In this document: piece by piece, positions 1 to 9,285 of the stretch
Layout of the letters: the number at the start of each line of letters is the position of its first letter
Numbering within the stretch: the stretch's first letter is position 1
Assembly: GCA_965250285.1 (NCBI GenBank)
Contig: OZ252299.1
Location: forward strand, 416,001-480,000
Reading direction: 5' to 3'
DNA from: Myxococcota bacterium
GTDB lineage: Bacteria > Myxococcota_A > UBA9160 > UBA4427
DNA length: 64,000 nt
The notes under the pieces: model-generated
What the model was told of the DNA's origin: nothing
Seen by the model: the letters and a program-made list of their open reading frames with translations, nothing else
Databases searched by the model: none
Position numbers and translations under genes: made by a program

Positions 1-309
1 AGTGGCGGTGCGTTCGCCGGCATGGTCGCGGCGGCGCACCGACTCGTCGCGCTGACCGATGACGAGACGCTGATCGTGCCGGGGCACGGCCCACTCGCTG
101 ACCGGGCCGACCTGGTCGCCTACCGCGACATGCTCGTCGAGGTGGAGCGCGGTGTCGGTCGCGCGATCCGCCAGGGGAAGAGCCTCGAGGAGACGATCGC
201 GAGTCGGCCGACGCGTGCGCTCGACGCGCGCTGGGGCGGCGGGTTCCTGAAGCCCGAGGCCTTCGTGACGCTCGTGTACGAGAGTCTGTCCGGCGATTCA
301 GGGCGCTGA
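1..309 (+). CDS. MBL-fold metallo-hydrolase (cyclase-like), C-terminal part; 5' end outside the window
   Basis: IVPGHG motif followed by a helical tail (YRDML...GKSLEE...WGGGF) typical of MBL-fold cyclase-like hydrolases; frame open to the window edge. Confidence 0.7.
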   Translation, partial: SGGAFAGMVAAAHRLVALTDDETLIVPGHGPLADRADLVAYRDMLVEVERGVGRAIRQGKSLEETIASRPTRALDARWGGGFLKPEAFVTLVYESLSGDSGR

Positions 310-328
310 CCCGGGGGGTTCTGCGGTC

Positions 329-363
329 TGGCAGAAATCGTGGGGCGTCCGTCATTGCAGACA
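329..363. promoter_or_regulatory. Candidate GlxA/AraC-family operator (imperfect inverted repeat TGGCAGAAAT...ATTGCAGACA)
   Basis: 7/10 inverted-repeat match just upstream of the GlxA-family regulator/DJ-1 pair. Confidence 0.35.
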
Positions 364-388
364 CAGGGAGAAGCGGCACTCTCGGGCC

Positions 389-1390
389 ATGCCGCGTACG
401 CCCCGAATCCCTCCGCGTCACCTCGTCTCGATGGTCGCCTTCGAGGGCGCGAACGTCGTCGACGTGACGGGAGCGCTCGAGGTCTTCTCCACGACGAACC
501 GAGTGCTCGAGGCACAGCGCCCGAAGCGCCCGAGATACGAGGTCGAGATCGTCGCGCGCGAGGCGGGACCGCTGGGGATGTCCTGCGGTGTCGAGCTCGT
601 CGCGAAGCGCGCCCTCGGGCGAATGCGCACGCAGCCCGACACGTTGATGGTCGCCGGCGGGCTCGGCACACGCGCGGCCGTCGAAGACTCCGCTCTGATC
701 GAGGCGATTCGGCGTAGAGCGTCTGGGACGAGGCGGATCGCGTCGGTGTGCACCGGGGCCTTCCTGCTGGCCGAGGCGGGTCTGCTCGACGGACGGCGCG
801 CCGTCACGCACTGGGGCAGCTGTGACGAGCTCGCGGCGCGCTACCCGCGCGTACGCGTCGAGGTCGATCCGATCTTCGTGCGGGACGGGCGGGTGTGGAC
901 GTCGGCCGGGGTCACCGCCGGTCTCGATCTGGCCCTCGCCCTCGTCGAAGCAGACCACGACCGCGAAGTCGCGCTGGCCGTCGCGCGTTCGATGGTGTTC
1001 TACCTGAAGCGACCGGGCGGACAGAGTCAGTTCAGCGCCCAGCTCGATGCCCAGCTTGCAGCGCGCGAGCCGATCCGCGATGCCCAGAGCTTCGTGCACG
1101 AGCATCCCGAAGCCGACCTGACGGTGCCGGCGCTCGCGAAGCGCGTGGCAATGAGTCCGCGGCACTTCGCACGGGCCTTCGCGAGCGAGGTGGGGACGAC
1201 GCCGGCGCGTTACGTCGAGCGCGCCCGCGTCGAGGCCGCGCGCCGCCGACTCGAAGACACGGATCAAGGGCTCGATGAGGTGGCCTTCGCGTGTGGGTTC
1301 GGGAGCGGCGAGGTGATGCGCCGCGCGTTCCTGCGCGTGCTCGAGGTCGGGCCGTCGGCCTACCGCAGTCGATTCAACCGGGGCGCCTAG
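389..1390 (+). CDS. GlxA-family transcriptional regulator (DJ-1/PfpI domain + AraC HTH)
   Basis: SVCTGAF, THW, TSAGVTAGLD and RPGGQSQFS motifs; C-terminal AraC HTH (MSPRHFARAF...CGFGS...MRRAF). Confidence 0.93.
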   Translation: MPRTPRIPPRHLVSMVAFEGANVVDVTGALEVFSTTNRVLEAQRPKRPRYEVEIVAREAGPLGMSCGVELVAKRALGRMRTQPDTLMVAGGLGTRAAVEDSALIEAIRRRASGTRRIASVCTGAFLLAEAGLLDGRRAVTHWGSCDELAARYPRVRVEVDPIFVRDGRVWTSAGVTAGLDLALALVEADHDREVALAVARSMVFYLKRPGGQSQFSAQLDAQLAAREPIRDAQSFVHEHPEADLTVPALAKRVAMSPRHFARAFASEVGTTPARYVERARVEAARRRLEDTDQGLDEVAFACGFGSGEVMRRAFLRVLEVGPSAYRSRFNRGA

Positions 1391-1420
1391 GCGTCTCCGT
1401 CGACACGAGGGAGAAACGAG

Positions 1421-2017
1421 ATGTCTGCACTCGAAGTGGGCGTGGTGCTCTTCGACGATGCCGAAGAGCTCGACTGGGCCGGGCCGTGGGAGGTGCTCAC
1501 CGGGTTGCGGGTCGTCGGGGAGGCCAACGTCTTCACCGTGGCCGAGCGCGACCAGCCGATCCGCTGCGCCAAGGGGCTGCGCGTGCTGCCCGACCGCACC
1601 TTCGACGAGGTCGACCGGCTCGATGTCCTGTTGATTCCGGGCGGGCAGGGGAGTCGGGTCGAGCTCAAGAACCCCGCGATGCTCGACTGGGTGCGCCGCG
1701 TCGCCGACGGCTGCCAGTGGGTGACGAGCGTCTGCACCGGCGCAGCGATCCTCGCGGCGGCCGGCCTCCTCGAAGGGCGTCGGGCGACGACCCATTGGGG
1801 CTACATCGAGACGCTCCGCGAGCAGCATCCCGAGATCGAGGTGCTCGAGCGCGTGCGCTACGTGCGCGACGGTCACGTCGTGACGGCGGCCGGCGTGTCG
1901 GCGGGGATCGACATGTCGCTTTGGCTGGTCGGGCAGATCCACTCGCCCGAGGTCGCGCGCCGCGTTCAGCACTACATCGAATACGATCCGGCGCCGCCGT
2001 ACGCGGCGGAGGCCTAG
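1421..2017 (+). CDS. DJ-1/PfpI family protein (isonitrile hydratase-like)
   Basis: EELDWAGPWEV, IPGG, SVCTGA nucleophile elbow, TTHW, TAAGVSAGID, EYDPAPPY; GGGAG RBS. Confidence 0.92.
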   Translation: MSALEVGVVLFDDAEELDWAGPWEVLTGLRVVGEANVFTVAERDQPIRCAKGLRVLPDRTFDEVDRLDVLLIPGGQGSRVELKNPAMLDWVRRVADGCQWVTSVCTGAAILAAAGLLEGRRATTHWGYIETLREQHPEIEVLERVRYVRDGHVVTAAGVSAGIDMSLWLVGQIHSPEVARRVQHYIEYDPAPPYAAEA

Positions 2018-2023
2018 CGGCGT

Positions 2024-3253
2024 CTAGCTCGGCTCGGGATCGGCGGCCCGCGCCATCCGCATCGTCGCGGCCAGACCCGCGGTCGCGACGAGTCCGAGCA
2101 GGGACGCGATCGCGAGCAGTCGGCCCAGGGTCTCGGGATCGCCCTCGGCGCCTTCACCCGCGAGCCAGCCGAGGCCGCCGACGACGAGGCCGTACGCGAG
2201 TCGACCGGCGAGGCTCTGCAGCGAGAAGAAGGTGGCGCGGCGCGCACTCCGCACGCGCGGCGAGCAGGTGGCGTTGACGATCGGCTGGCTGATCGCGGGC
2301 TGCACCGAGCGGGCGAAGAGCAGCACCAGCACGAGGGGGTGCACCACGATCGCCATCGCGAGGATGATCGTGGTCTGCAGCGCCGACATGGCGACGAGGG
2401 CGCCGCCGACGCCGAGCCGAGCGCGCACGCGCATGCTGTAGCCCGCCGCGAAGGCCGCGACGCCGTAGACGCCGGCGTAGAGCACGGCGCTCGCGATGGG
2501 GGTGTAGTAGACGTCGTTCGCGCGCTCGACGAGCACCAGCGCCGTGTAGGGCTGCGCGAACTCGTACGGGATGTGCTCGAGCACGAGCATGACCACGACG
2601 TAGCACGACACCCAGACGAGCACGGGATCACGCAGTGCACCGACGCATTCGCGCAGCTGGGTGCCGAACGAGTCCCGGGCGAAGCCGTCTTCGCCCCGGG
2701 CCGGCTCGCGCATCAGCAGGGTCACGACGAGACCGATGCCGGCGAACGCGAGTCCGAAGGCGTAGGCCCCGCTCAGGTCGAAGAAGCCGACGCCCCCACC
2801 GATGGCGACGCTCAGCGCCGCGCTGACATAGCCGCGACGGGCGAGGCGAGCTTCGCGGTCGCCGTACTCGGTCTCGATGCCGAGCGCGCGCAGGGCGTCG
2901 TAGTGGTACGAGGTGTCGGTGCCGGAGATGCAGGCCCAGTGAAGGGCCATCGCGACTTCGGCGAGCGCGTGGATCTCGAATCGCGTGCCACCGGAAAGAA
3001 AGAGCGCGTAGGCCGCGATCTTCGACACCGCCGACAAGCGGAGCGTCGGCACTCTTCCGATGCGATCGCTCAGATAGCCGGAAGGGACCTCGAGGGCGAC
3101 GACGCTCAAGTAGTAGAGCGCCGACAGTCGCAGCACATCGTCGATGCCGAAGCGCGCGCTCAGAAAGAGAAAGAAGACCGGCGCATGGAAGTTCAGCCGC
3201 GAGAGCGGAAAGAAGAGGCCGTAGAGTCGCAGGCTTCGCGCGGTGGCGTCCAA
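2024..3253 (-). CDS. MFS transporter
   Basis: Many TM helices; EVPSGYLSDRIGR (motif A-like), SGTD, RAT..S..S motifs. Confidence 0.85.
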   Translation of the reverse strand: MDATARSLRLYGLFFPLSRLNFHAPVFFLFLSARFGIDDVLRLSALYYLSVVALEVPSGYLSDRIGRVPTLRLSAVSKIAAYALFLSGGTRFEIHALAEVAMALHWACISGTDTSYHYDALRALGIETEYGDREARLARRGYVSAALSVAIGGGVGFFDLSGAYAFGLAFAGIGLVVTLLMREPARGEDGFARDSFGTQLRECVGALRDPVLVWVSCYVVVMLVLEHIPYEFAQPYTALVLVERANDVYYTPIASAVLYAGVYGVAAFAAGYSMRVRARLGVGGALVAMSALQTTIILAMAIVVHPLVLVLLFARSVQPAISQPIVNATCSPRVRSARRATFFSLQSLAGRLAYGLVVGGLGWLAGEGAEGDPETLGRLLAIASLLGLVATAGLAATMRMARAADPEPS

Positions 3254-3329
3254 TGCGATCCCGCTCCCCGGTGCGCCGGCATGCGAGGCGCGGGCTCTCG
3301 TGGGCGACGCAGCCCGTCAGGCAGACGTG

Positions 3330-3773
3330 TCAGGCGTCTTCGCCGCCGAAGTGCGCGGCGGTGTGTTTCGCCATGTGCTCGATGAACCACTGAGGAAACT
3401 GCGAGACGAAGTTGTTGACGTCCCAGTAGTCGCTCCAGCGAATGATCAGGCCATCCTTCAGCTCGTGCATGGTGGCGAAGGGGTTGACCGCTTTCTCGCC
3501 GGTCTTGAACGTCCACGTCTCGGTGTGGTCGAGCAGGGCGACGTCGCCATCGACGGCGAGGTGATGCACGACGTGTTCGTGCTGGGTGATCTGGTCGAAG
3601 GCGATCTCGAGTCGCTTGACCACGTTGTCGGGGCCGGTCGCGCCGGTGTCGGGCGTCGGGATATCGGCGTAGTGCACGTCGGGGTGCAGGCAGCTCTTCA
3701 GCGTGTCCCAATCCTTGGCCGATAGTGCGGCCCACATGCGCTCGACGGTCTGGCGGTTTTCTTCAGCGGACAA
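3330..3773 (-). CDS. NTF2-like/SnoaL-like protein (limonene-1,2-epoxide hydrolase-like)
   Basis: N..TV..MW, LHPDVHY, ELKDGLIIRWSDYWD; TTG start after GAGGGAG RBS. Confidence 0.82.
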   Translation of the reverse strand: MSAEENRQTVERMWAALSAKDWDTLKSCLHPDVHYADIPTPDTGATGPDNVVKRLEIAFDQITQHEHVVHHLAVDGDVALLDHTETWTFKTGEKAVNPFATMHELKDGLIIRWSDYWDVNNFVSQFPQWFIEHMAKHTAAHFGGEDA

Positions 3774-3848
3774 GTCGACTCCCTCTCAGCGTTGCCGGTG
3801 GGTGATGGCGACTTCGATGATGGCTCGCGCGGGGCGTTCGGGCCAGAC

Positions 3849-3891
3849 CCGTTCCCGACCGACGAAAGCACGCCTCGTCGGGGCGGGACGG
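3849..3891. repeat. Long imperfect hairpin between divergent genes
   Basis: CCGTTCCCG-A-CCGACGA / 9-nt loop / TCGTCGG-GG-CGGGACGG. Confidence 0.55.
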
Positions 3892-3905
3892 TGTAGTCTG
3901 TCGCC

Positions 3906-4928
3906 ATGGGCAGCACTCCGACCGAACAGTCTCCCGACCGCATGAACCTCGTGGCGATCTTCGTCGCCTCCGCCAGCGTGCTCTTCCTGGCGCTCGGCTC
4001 GTCTTTCCGACAGCCGTTCGGCGACGCGCTCTCGACGAACCTCGGGCGCGTCGTCCTGGTGGGCTCGGCCGGGGGCGCGCTGGCCCTCGCCGGCGCGATT
4101 CGGCGGGTGCGCGGCGCCGAAGAGGGGCCGACGTTCGAGCTCGCGATCTTCGGGGCCGCGTCGATGGGCGCGGCAGGCGTCGCGATCGGATCGGGGTGGT
4201 TGTCTGCGGCACCGCTCGTCGGGGGCGTGCTCGCTGGCAGCGTGCTGGGCGCGCTGGGCCTGGGGCTCGCGCGCCTGTGTGATCGCGAGAGCCGCGCTTC
4301 GAACCTGCTCGTCGCCGGCTTGCTCGGCGTCTTCATTGCGGCGGCCGGCCTGAGTGCGAGCTTCGGCGCCGAGGCCGGGGGCGCGGTCACGGGGACGATC
4401 ATGTGGCTCGTCGGCAATGCCGCCGATGCGACGCCGGCGTCGGCCGGGCTGGCGGCGGCGCTGCTCATCGTGGCACTCGTCGCCTCGACGGTGCTGGCGC
4501 GGCGGGGCGAGGCCGGCTCGGCCGGGCTCGCGATCATCGGCCCGGTGGCGCTCGGCTTCGCGACCGGTCTCGTCGGCGTGTTCGCCTTCATTGGATCGTT
4601 CGTGCCGCGCACCGTGCGGGCGCTTGCGCCGGGAGCCTCACCCGCGGCGCTGCTCGTCGCGAGCGTCGTCGCGGGCGGCGCCAGCGCCGCGATCATCGAC
4701 GCGGTCCCCCGCTTCCTGATCGGCGGCTACGCACTGCCGTTCGCCGTCTCGATCGGCATGCTCGCGGTGCCGATCTACCTCTGCTGGAACCGCGCGCGCC
4801 TGCGCCGCCTGGCCGGGCCGGCGTCGGCGGCCTTCGAAGCGCTCGAGCTCACCGTGATTGGCGTGGGCACGGCCGTCGCGGTCGGTCTCGTCGTCTTCTT
4901 GACCCAGGTGGTGCGCAGCTCGACCTGA
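3906..4928 (+). CDS. Divergent FecCD/BtuC-like (iron-chelate/B12 ABC) permease
   Basis: Highly hydrophobic; GVFAFIGSFVP-R...LLVASVVAGG...D...ALPFAVSIGMLAVPIYL resembles the FecCD C-terminal signature; WLVG loop. Confidence 0.6.
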   Translation: MGSTPTEQSPDRMNLVAIFVASASVLFLALGSSFRQPFGDALSTNLGRVVLVGSAGGALALAGAIRRVRGAEEGPTFELAIFGAASMGAAGVAIGSGWLSAAPLVGGVLAGSVLGALGLGLARLCDRESRASNLLVAGLLGVFIAAAGLSASFGAEAGGAVTGTIMWLVGNAADATPASAGLAAALLIVALVASTVLARRGEAGSAGLAIIGPVALGFATGLVGVFAFIGSFVPRTVRALAPGASPAALLVASVVAGGASAAIIDAVPRFLIGGYALPFAVSIGMLAVPIYLCWNRARLRRLAGPASAAFEALELTVIGVGTAVAVGLVVFLTQVVRSST

Positions 4929-4964
4929 GGGTCAGTCCGCAGCCGCGACGCGCGCTGTCTGCGC

Positions 4965-6392
4965 TCAGACCAGCAGCGCGCCGGTATCGATGTGCGCAGC
5001 GATGGCTTCACCCACGCGCAGCTCGGCCGTCTCGACGTTCTTCGGATCGCCCACGAGGTCGGTCCGCGACGCGAAGTAGTCGGACGTGCCGACGCGCACG
5101 ATCTCGTCGTCGCCGGGCGAAACGCCCCAGCCCTCGAGGCGCTGGCGCAGCGGCGGTGCGATGGCGCGGCCTTCGATCTCGATGCGGGCGAGGCGATTGC
5201 CGTAGGGGTCGAGGCTCCAGGCGTGGCCCGACGTGACGTCGCCTGGGCAGAATCGGCCGAAGACCTCGTCGCCGTGGAAGCCGTACGGGGTCTGCGCGGC
5301 CGACTTCATCGCATCCTCGATCAGACGGCGCATCTCGACGCCTTCGATCGTGCGGCCGAGCCGGGCAAGCAGGTCGCCGCTGCCCCATCGCGTCGGATCC
5401 TGCACGATCTGAACGTAGGCGTGCACATGCGGGTGCCCCTGGAAGTGGATCACGGTGCCCGGGCCCTCGATCCGCCACACCTGCCAGTAGGGCACGCCGC
5501 GGCGCGCGCGCTCGGCCGCGTCGAGAGATGCCACTGACTGCATGTCTTCGTAGAAGCCATGGCTCTCGTAGAACGCCAGCCTCAGCTCATCGACGCCGCC
5601 ATGACTGTCGATCGTGTCGCGCGCGCGCTTCGCTTCGAGCTCGGGGTAGTGCGAGAACACGACGTCGAGCAGGGCCTCGGCTTCGGCGCGGCCCGCCTCG
5701 TTCGCGTCGCCGAGGCGCAGGCCGTCGAAGTGGCCGTCTGCGCTCTGGGGCTGCAGCACGAGCTCGTTCGGCGCGGTCGCAGCGACGGCCTTCGTCCGGG
5801 ACGCCTCGTCGAGGGCGGCGAAGACCGCGTTCGCGGCGTCGCCATGGTGGGCGAAGCTGTTGCCGGGGATCTTCCACTGCTCGTTGCCGAGCTGATGCCC
5901 ATAGGCGACACCGCCACCGAAGGGCTCGCGGCCGATGTTGCCGCCGCGCAGCAGCACGTGGCCGCCCATCAGCGCCGCCTGGGCCGGCCCGTCGAGCGGG
6001 TCGCCATAGATGGCGAGCACGCAGCCTTCGAACTTGCCCTCGACGGCGAAGGTGCCCGCGAAATCCTGGCAACCCTTCTTGGAGAGCATCGCGTCACGCA
6101 GCCGCGCGACGAGCTCGATCTGGCTCGGCGTGAAGACCGTGCCGATGTGGGGGCGGTCGAGAAACGTCGACGTGTTCGTGATCTGCCGCGAGGGGTGGTC
6201 GCGGTGCAGCACGGTCTGGGCGCGCTGCTCGAGCGTCATGCTGGCGACGAGCGCCTCGAGGTGCTCCATCACGCTGCCGGTTGGCGCTGCTGCGCCGACG
6301 CCGTGGACGCCCAGGCCGCGGGCCGCCAGCAGGCCAGCGGCGGCCGCCGACGCGGTCAGGAAGGTGCGCCGTCCGACACTCGTTTCAGCCAT
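4965..6392 (-). CDS. Tat-exported DUF3500-like protein with C-terminal 5'-nucleotidase-C-like domain
   Basis: Twin-arginine signal GRRTFL at Met 6392; WRIEGP...FQGHPHVHAYV motif; tail GDVT...DPYGNRL...VGTSDYFA. Confidence 0.6.
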   Translation of the reverse strand: MAETSVGRRTFLTASAAAAGLLAARGLGVHGVGAAAPTGSVMEHLEALVASMTLEQRAQTVLHRDHPSRQITNTSTFLDRPHIGTVFTPSQIELVARLRDAMLSKKGCQDFAGTFAVEGKFEGCVLAIYGDPLDGPAQAALMGGHVLLRGGNIGREPFGGGVAYGHQLGNEQWKIPGNSFAHHGDAANAVFAALDEASRTKAVAATAPNELVLQPQSADGHFDGLRLGDANEAGRAEAEALLDVVFSHYPELEAKRARDTIDSHGGVDELRLAFYESHGFYEDMQSVASLDAAERARRGVPYWQVWRIEGPGTVIHFQGHPHVHAYVQIVQDPTRWGSGDLLARLGRTIEGVEMRRLIEDAMKSAAQTPYGFHGDEVFGRFCPGDVTSGHAWSLDPYGNRLARIEIEGRAIAPPLRQRLEGWGVSPGDDEIVRVGTSDYFASRTDLVGDPKNVETAELRVGEAIAAHIDTGALLV

Positions 6393-6498
6393 GCCCTGCT
6401 CCCTTCGAGTTCGGGAGAGTAGCGAGGATCCGACGCCAGGGGCCAGCGCGGGCCGTCGTGGGCGCTGCGCCGTTGCGTTCGATGGCGCGTCGATGCGG

Positions 6499-7656
6499 TC
6501 AGTCGCGGCCGAGGATCGCGATCCCGCAGGCCGTGGGGTGACCGCCAATATTATGAGAAAGCGCAAGCTTCGGATCGGCGACCTGCCGGTCGCCTGCGCG
6601 CCCTTGAAGCTGCAGGACGTTCTCGTAGATCATCCGCACGCCGGTCGCCCCGGTCGGGTGGCCGAAGCTCTTCAACCCGCCGTCGGTGTTGACGGGAAGA
6701 GCGCCCCCGATCTCGAACCGACCGTCGGCGATGTGTTCCTTCGCGCTGCCCTTCTCGCAGAAGCCGAGGTCTTCGTAGCTGAGCAGCTCGGTGAGCGAGA
6801 AACAGTCGTGCACCTGGGCGACGCCGATCTCTTCGCCCGGGTTCGTGATGCCCGCCTGCGCGTATACGTCCTCGGCGGCCCAGCCCGTCGGCTTCCAAGA
6901 AAGGAAGTCGTTCGTCGGATCCTTCTGCGGGTTCGGGCCGCTGCGGATCGTGACGGCCTTCACCTGGACCGGGTCGTCGCGGAAGCTCTTCGCCAGGTCG
7001 CTGCGGGTCAGGATCGCCGCCGCCGCCCCATCGGTCTGCGCGGCGCAGTCGTAGAGCCCGAAGGGCCACGAGATGAGCCGGCCCTTCATGTAGTCGTCCA
7101 TGTCGATCTCGCGCTTCAAGAAGCTGTTCGGCGCGAGCGTGCCGTTGTGGTGGTTCTTGATCGCGATGCGCCCGAGGTCTTCGCGGGTGGCGCCGTACTT
7201 GTCGAAGTAGGTCGCGGCGCACAGCGAGAACCAGCCCGCCGGCGTCTTGGGCAGATCGCGGACCCCGTCCATCATCACGCTCGGCCCCGACACGCCGCGA
7301 TCCTTCGGCTTGTCGTAGCCGACCACCAGAACGGTGTCGTACATGCCTGCCGCGATCGACATCACGCCGTAGCGAAACGCGTCGGTGCCCGTTGCGCAGT
7401 AGTTCGAGACCTCGCTGACGGGCTTGTTGAAGAGCTTGAGCGCGTCGCTGCACTCGTGCGGGCCGGCCTGGCTGTAGATGCTGCCGGTGAAGACGGCCTC
7501 GATCTGCTCCTGCGGGTTGTCGATGCCCGCGTCGGCGTAGGCCTCGTAGGCGGCGTCCACGATCATGTCCGAGGGCGACTGATCCCAGTTCTCACCGAAC
7601 TGGCAGCAGCCCACGCCGACGACCGAAACCTTGTCGCGAATGCCTTCCCGTGCCAT
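6499..7656 (-). CDS. SCP2/SCP-x-type thiolase (acetyl-CoA acetyltransferase)
   Basis: NYCATG, HDCF, GGLKSFGHP.GATG and HNIGG motifs. Confidence 0.9.
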   Translation of the reverse strand: MAREGIRDKVSVVGVGCCQFGENWDQSPSDMIVDAAYEAYADAGIDNPQEQIEAVFTGSIYSQAGPHECSDALKLFNKPVSEVSNYCATGTDAFRYGVMSIAAGMYDTVLVVGYDKPKDRGVSGPSVMMDGVRDLPKTPAGWFSLCAATYFDKYGATREDLGRIAIKNHHNGTLAPNSFLKREIDMDDYMKGRLISWPFGLYDCAAQTDGAAAAILTRSDLAKSFRDDPVQVKAVTIRSGPNPQKDPTNDFLSWKPTGWAAEDVYAQAGITNPGEEIGVAQVHDCFSLTELLSYEDLGFCEKGSAKEHIADGRFEIGGALPVNTDGGLKSFGHPTGATGVRMIYENVLQLQGRAGDRQVADPKLALSHNIGGHPTACGIAILGRD

Positions 7657-7779
7657 CGAAGCTCCTCTCTCGAAGGCGCGGAAGGTACCGGATTCGCCCG
7701 CGGTTCGCGGTGCGGCGCGCCGTTTGGCCCGGCCTAGGGGGCGGTGCTGTGAGATGATGCGGGTTCGAGCGCACCTTTC

Positions 7780-9285
7780 ATGGAGCAGGTCGACCCGAGC
7801 ATGCCGCGTATCCCGTATGGCCAGGTGTTCACGCAGCGCGCCGCCGAGGCGCCGGACCGCGCGGCCCTTGTCTGTGGGTCAGTCACGTGGACGCGCGCCG
7901 AGCTCGAGACGCGCTCGAATCGGCTCGCTCACTGCTTCAGGCAACGGGGCGTCGGCGTCGGCGACCTCGTCACGATCGGTCTGCCCAATGGGCCCGAGTT
8001 CGTTGCGGCGGTCGTCGCAGCCTGGAAGTGCGGCGCCACGCCGAACCCGCTCTCGCCCCGGCTGCCCGAGCGCGAGGTCGCTGCGATCCTCGAGCTCGCT
8101 CAGCCGGCGCTGGTGATCGGCTTCGACGCGATCGACCACGGGTTCGCGTCGTGGCCGGTCGGCGCTGCGCCGCCGGCATCGACGTCACCGACGCCCCTCG
8201 GCGACGTCGTGGCGCCGCGCGAACGTTGCCTCGCCTCGGGCGGCAGCACGGGGCGGCCGAAGCTGATCCTGCTCGACGTGCCGAGTCTCTACGATCCGGA
8301 CGTCCCGGCGACGATTCTGACGCCGACGGGGCCGGTGCTCGTTCCCGGCCCCCTCTACCACGCGGCGCCCTTCGGCTCGCTCACTCAGGCCCTGCTGGCC
8401 GGCGAGCGGTGCGTGGTGATGGAGCGCTTCGATGCGGCGGGCTGCCTCGATCTGGTCGAGGCGCACGCGATCGAGCAGATCCTCTTCGTGCCGACGATGA
8501 TGCATCGCATTGCCCGGTTGCCCGAGGCGCAGCGCTGTGCGCGCGACGTATCCACCCTTCGCATGGTGCTCACGGGCAGCGCGCCGTGCCCGGCCTGGTT
8601 GATGCGGTTCTTCATCGAGTGGCTCGGGTCGGACGTGATGCACGAGGTCTACGGCGGCACCGAGCGGATCGGCGGCACCCACATCACAGGCGCCGAGTGG
8701 CTCGAGCATCCCGGCTCGGTGGGGCGACCCATCCAGACGACGCAGTGCGAGATTCGCGACGTCGAGAGCGGAACGTCGTTGCCGGTCGGCGAGATTGGCG
8801 AGATCTGGTTCAAGCCCGTCGCCGGACGCAGCTCGACCTACCGGTACGTCGGCGCCGAGCGCCGCGACGACGGCGCGGGCTGGGAGTCGATGGGCGACAT
8901 GGGTCGGCTCGATGCGGACGGCTACCTCTATCTCGCCGATCGTCGGACCGACCTGATCCTGACCGGCGGACGCAACGTGTACCCGGCGCAGGTCGAGCTC
9001 GCGCTCGAGGAGCACCCGCACGTCGCTTCGAGCGCGGTGATCGGTCTGCCCGATGTCGACCTCGGCCAGCGCGTGCACGCGATCGTCCAGACGACCGAGG
9101 CCGTCGATGACGCGGCGCTGCTCGGTCACCTGCGCGAGCGCCTCGTGCCGTACGCATTGCCCCGCAGCTTCGAGCGCGTCGACGAACCCCTGCGCGACGA
9201 CGCCGGCAAGGTGCGGCGTTTTGCGCTGCGCGCCGAGCGGGCGGGTGCGTCGGGCGGGGGCGGTTTCGAACGGCCGGCGAGCTAG
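7780..9285 (+). CDS. Acyl-CoA synthetase / AMP-binding CoA ligase (bile acid-CoA ligase-like)
   Basis: SGGSTGRPK P-loop, YGGTE, GD.G..D.DGYLYL.DR, GGRNVYP, GKVRR. Confidence 0.9.
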   Translation: MEQVDPSMPRIPYGQVFTQRAAEAPDRAALVCGSVTWTRAELETRSNRLAHCFRQRGVGVGDLVTIGLPNGPEFVAAVVAAWKCGATPNPLSPRLPEREVAAILELAQPALVIGFDAIDHGFASWPVGAAPPASTSPTPLGDVVAPRERCLASGGSTGRPKLILLDVPSLYDPDVPATILTPTGPVLVPGPLYHAAPFGSLTQALLAGERCVVMERFDAAGCLDLVEAHAIEQILFVPTMMHRIARLPEAQRCARDVSTLRMVLTGSAPCPAWLMRFFIEWLGSDVMHEVYGGTERIGGTHITGAEWLEHPGSVGRPIQTTQCEIRDVESGTSLPVGEIGEIWFKPVAGRSSTYRYVGAERRDDGAGWESMGDMGRLDADGYLYLADRRTDLILTGGRNVYPAQVELALEEHPHVASSAVIGLPDVDLGQRVHAIVQTTEAVDDAALLGHLRERLVPYALPRSFERVDEPLRDDAGKVRRFALRAERAGASGGGGFERPAS

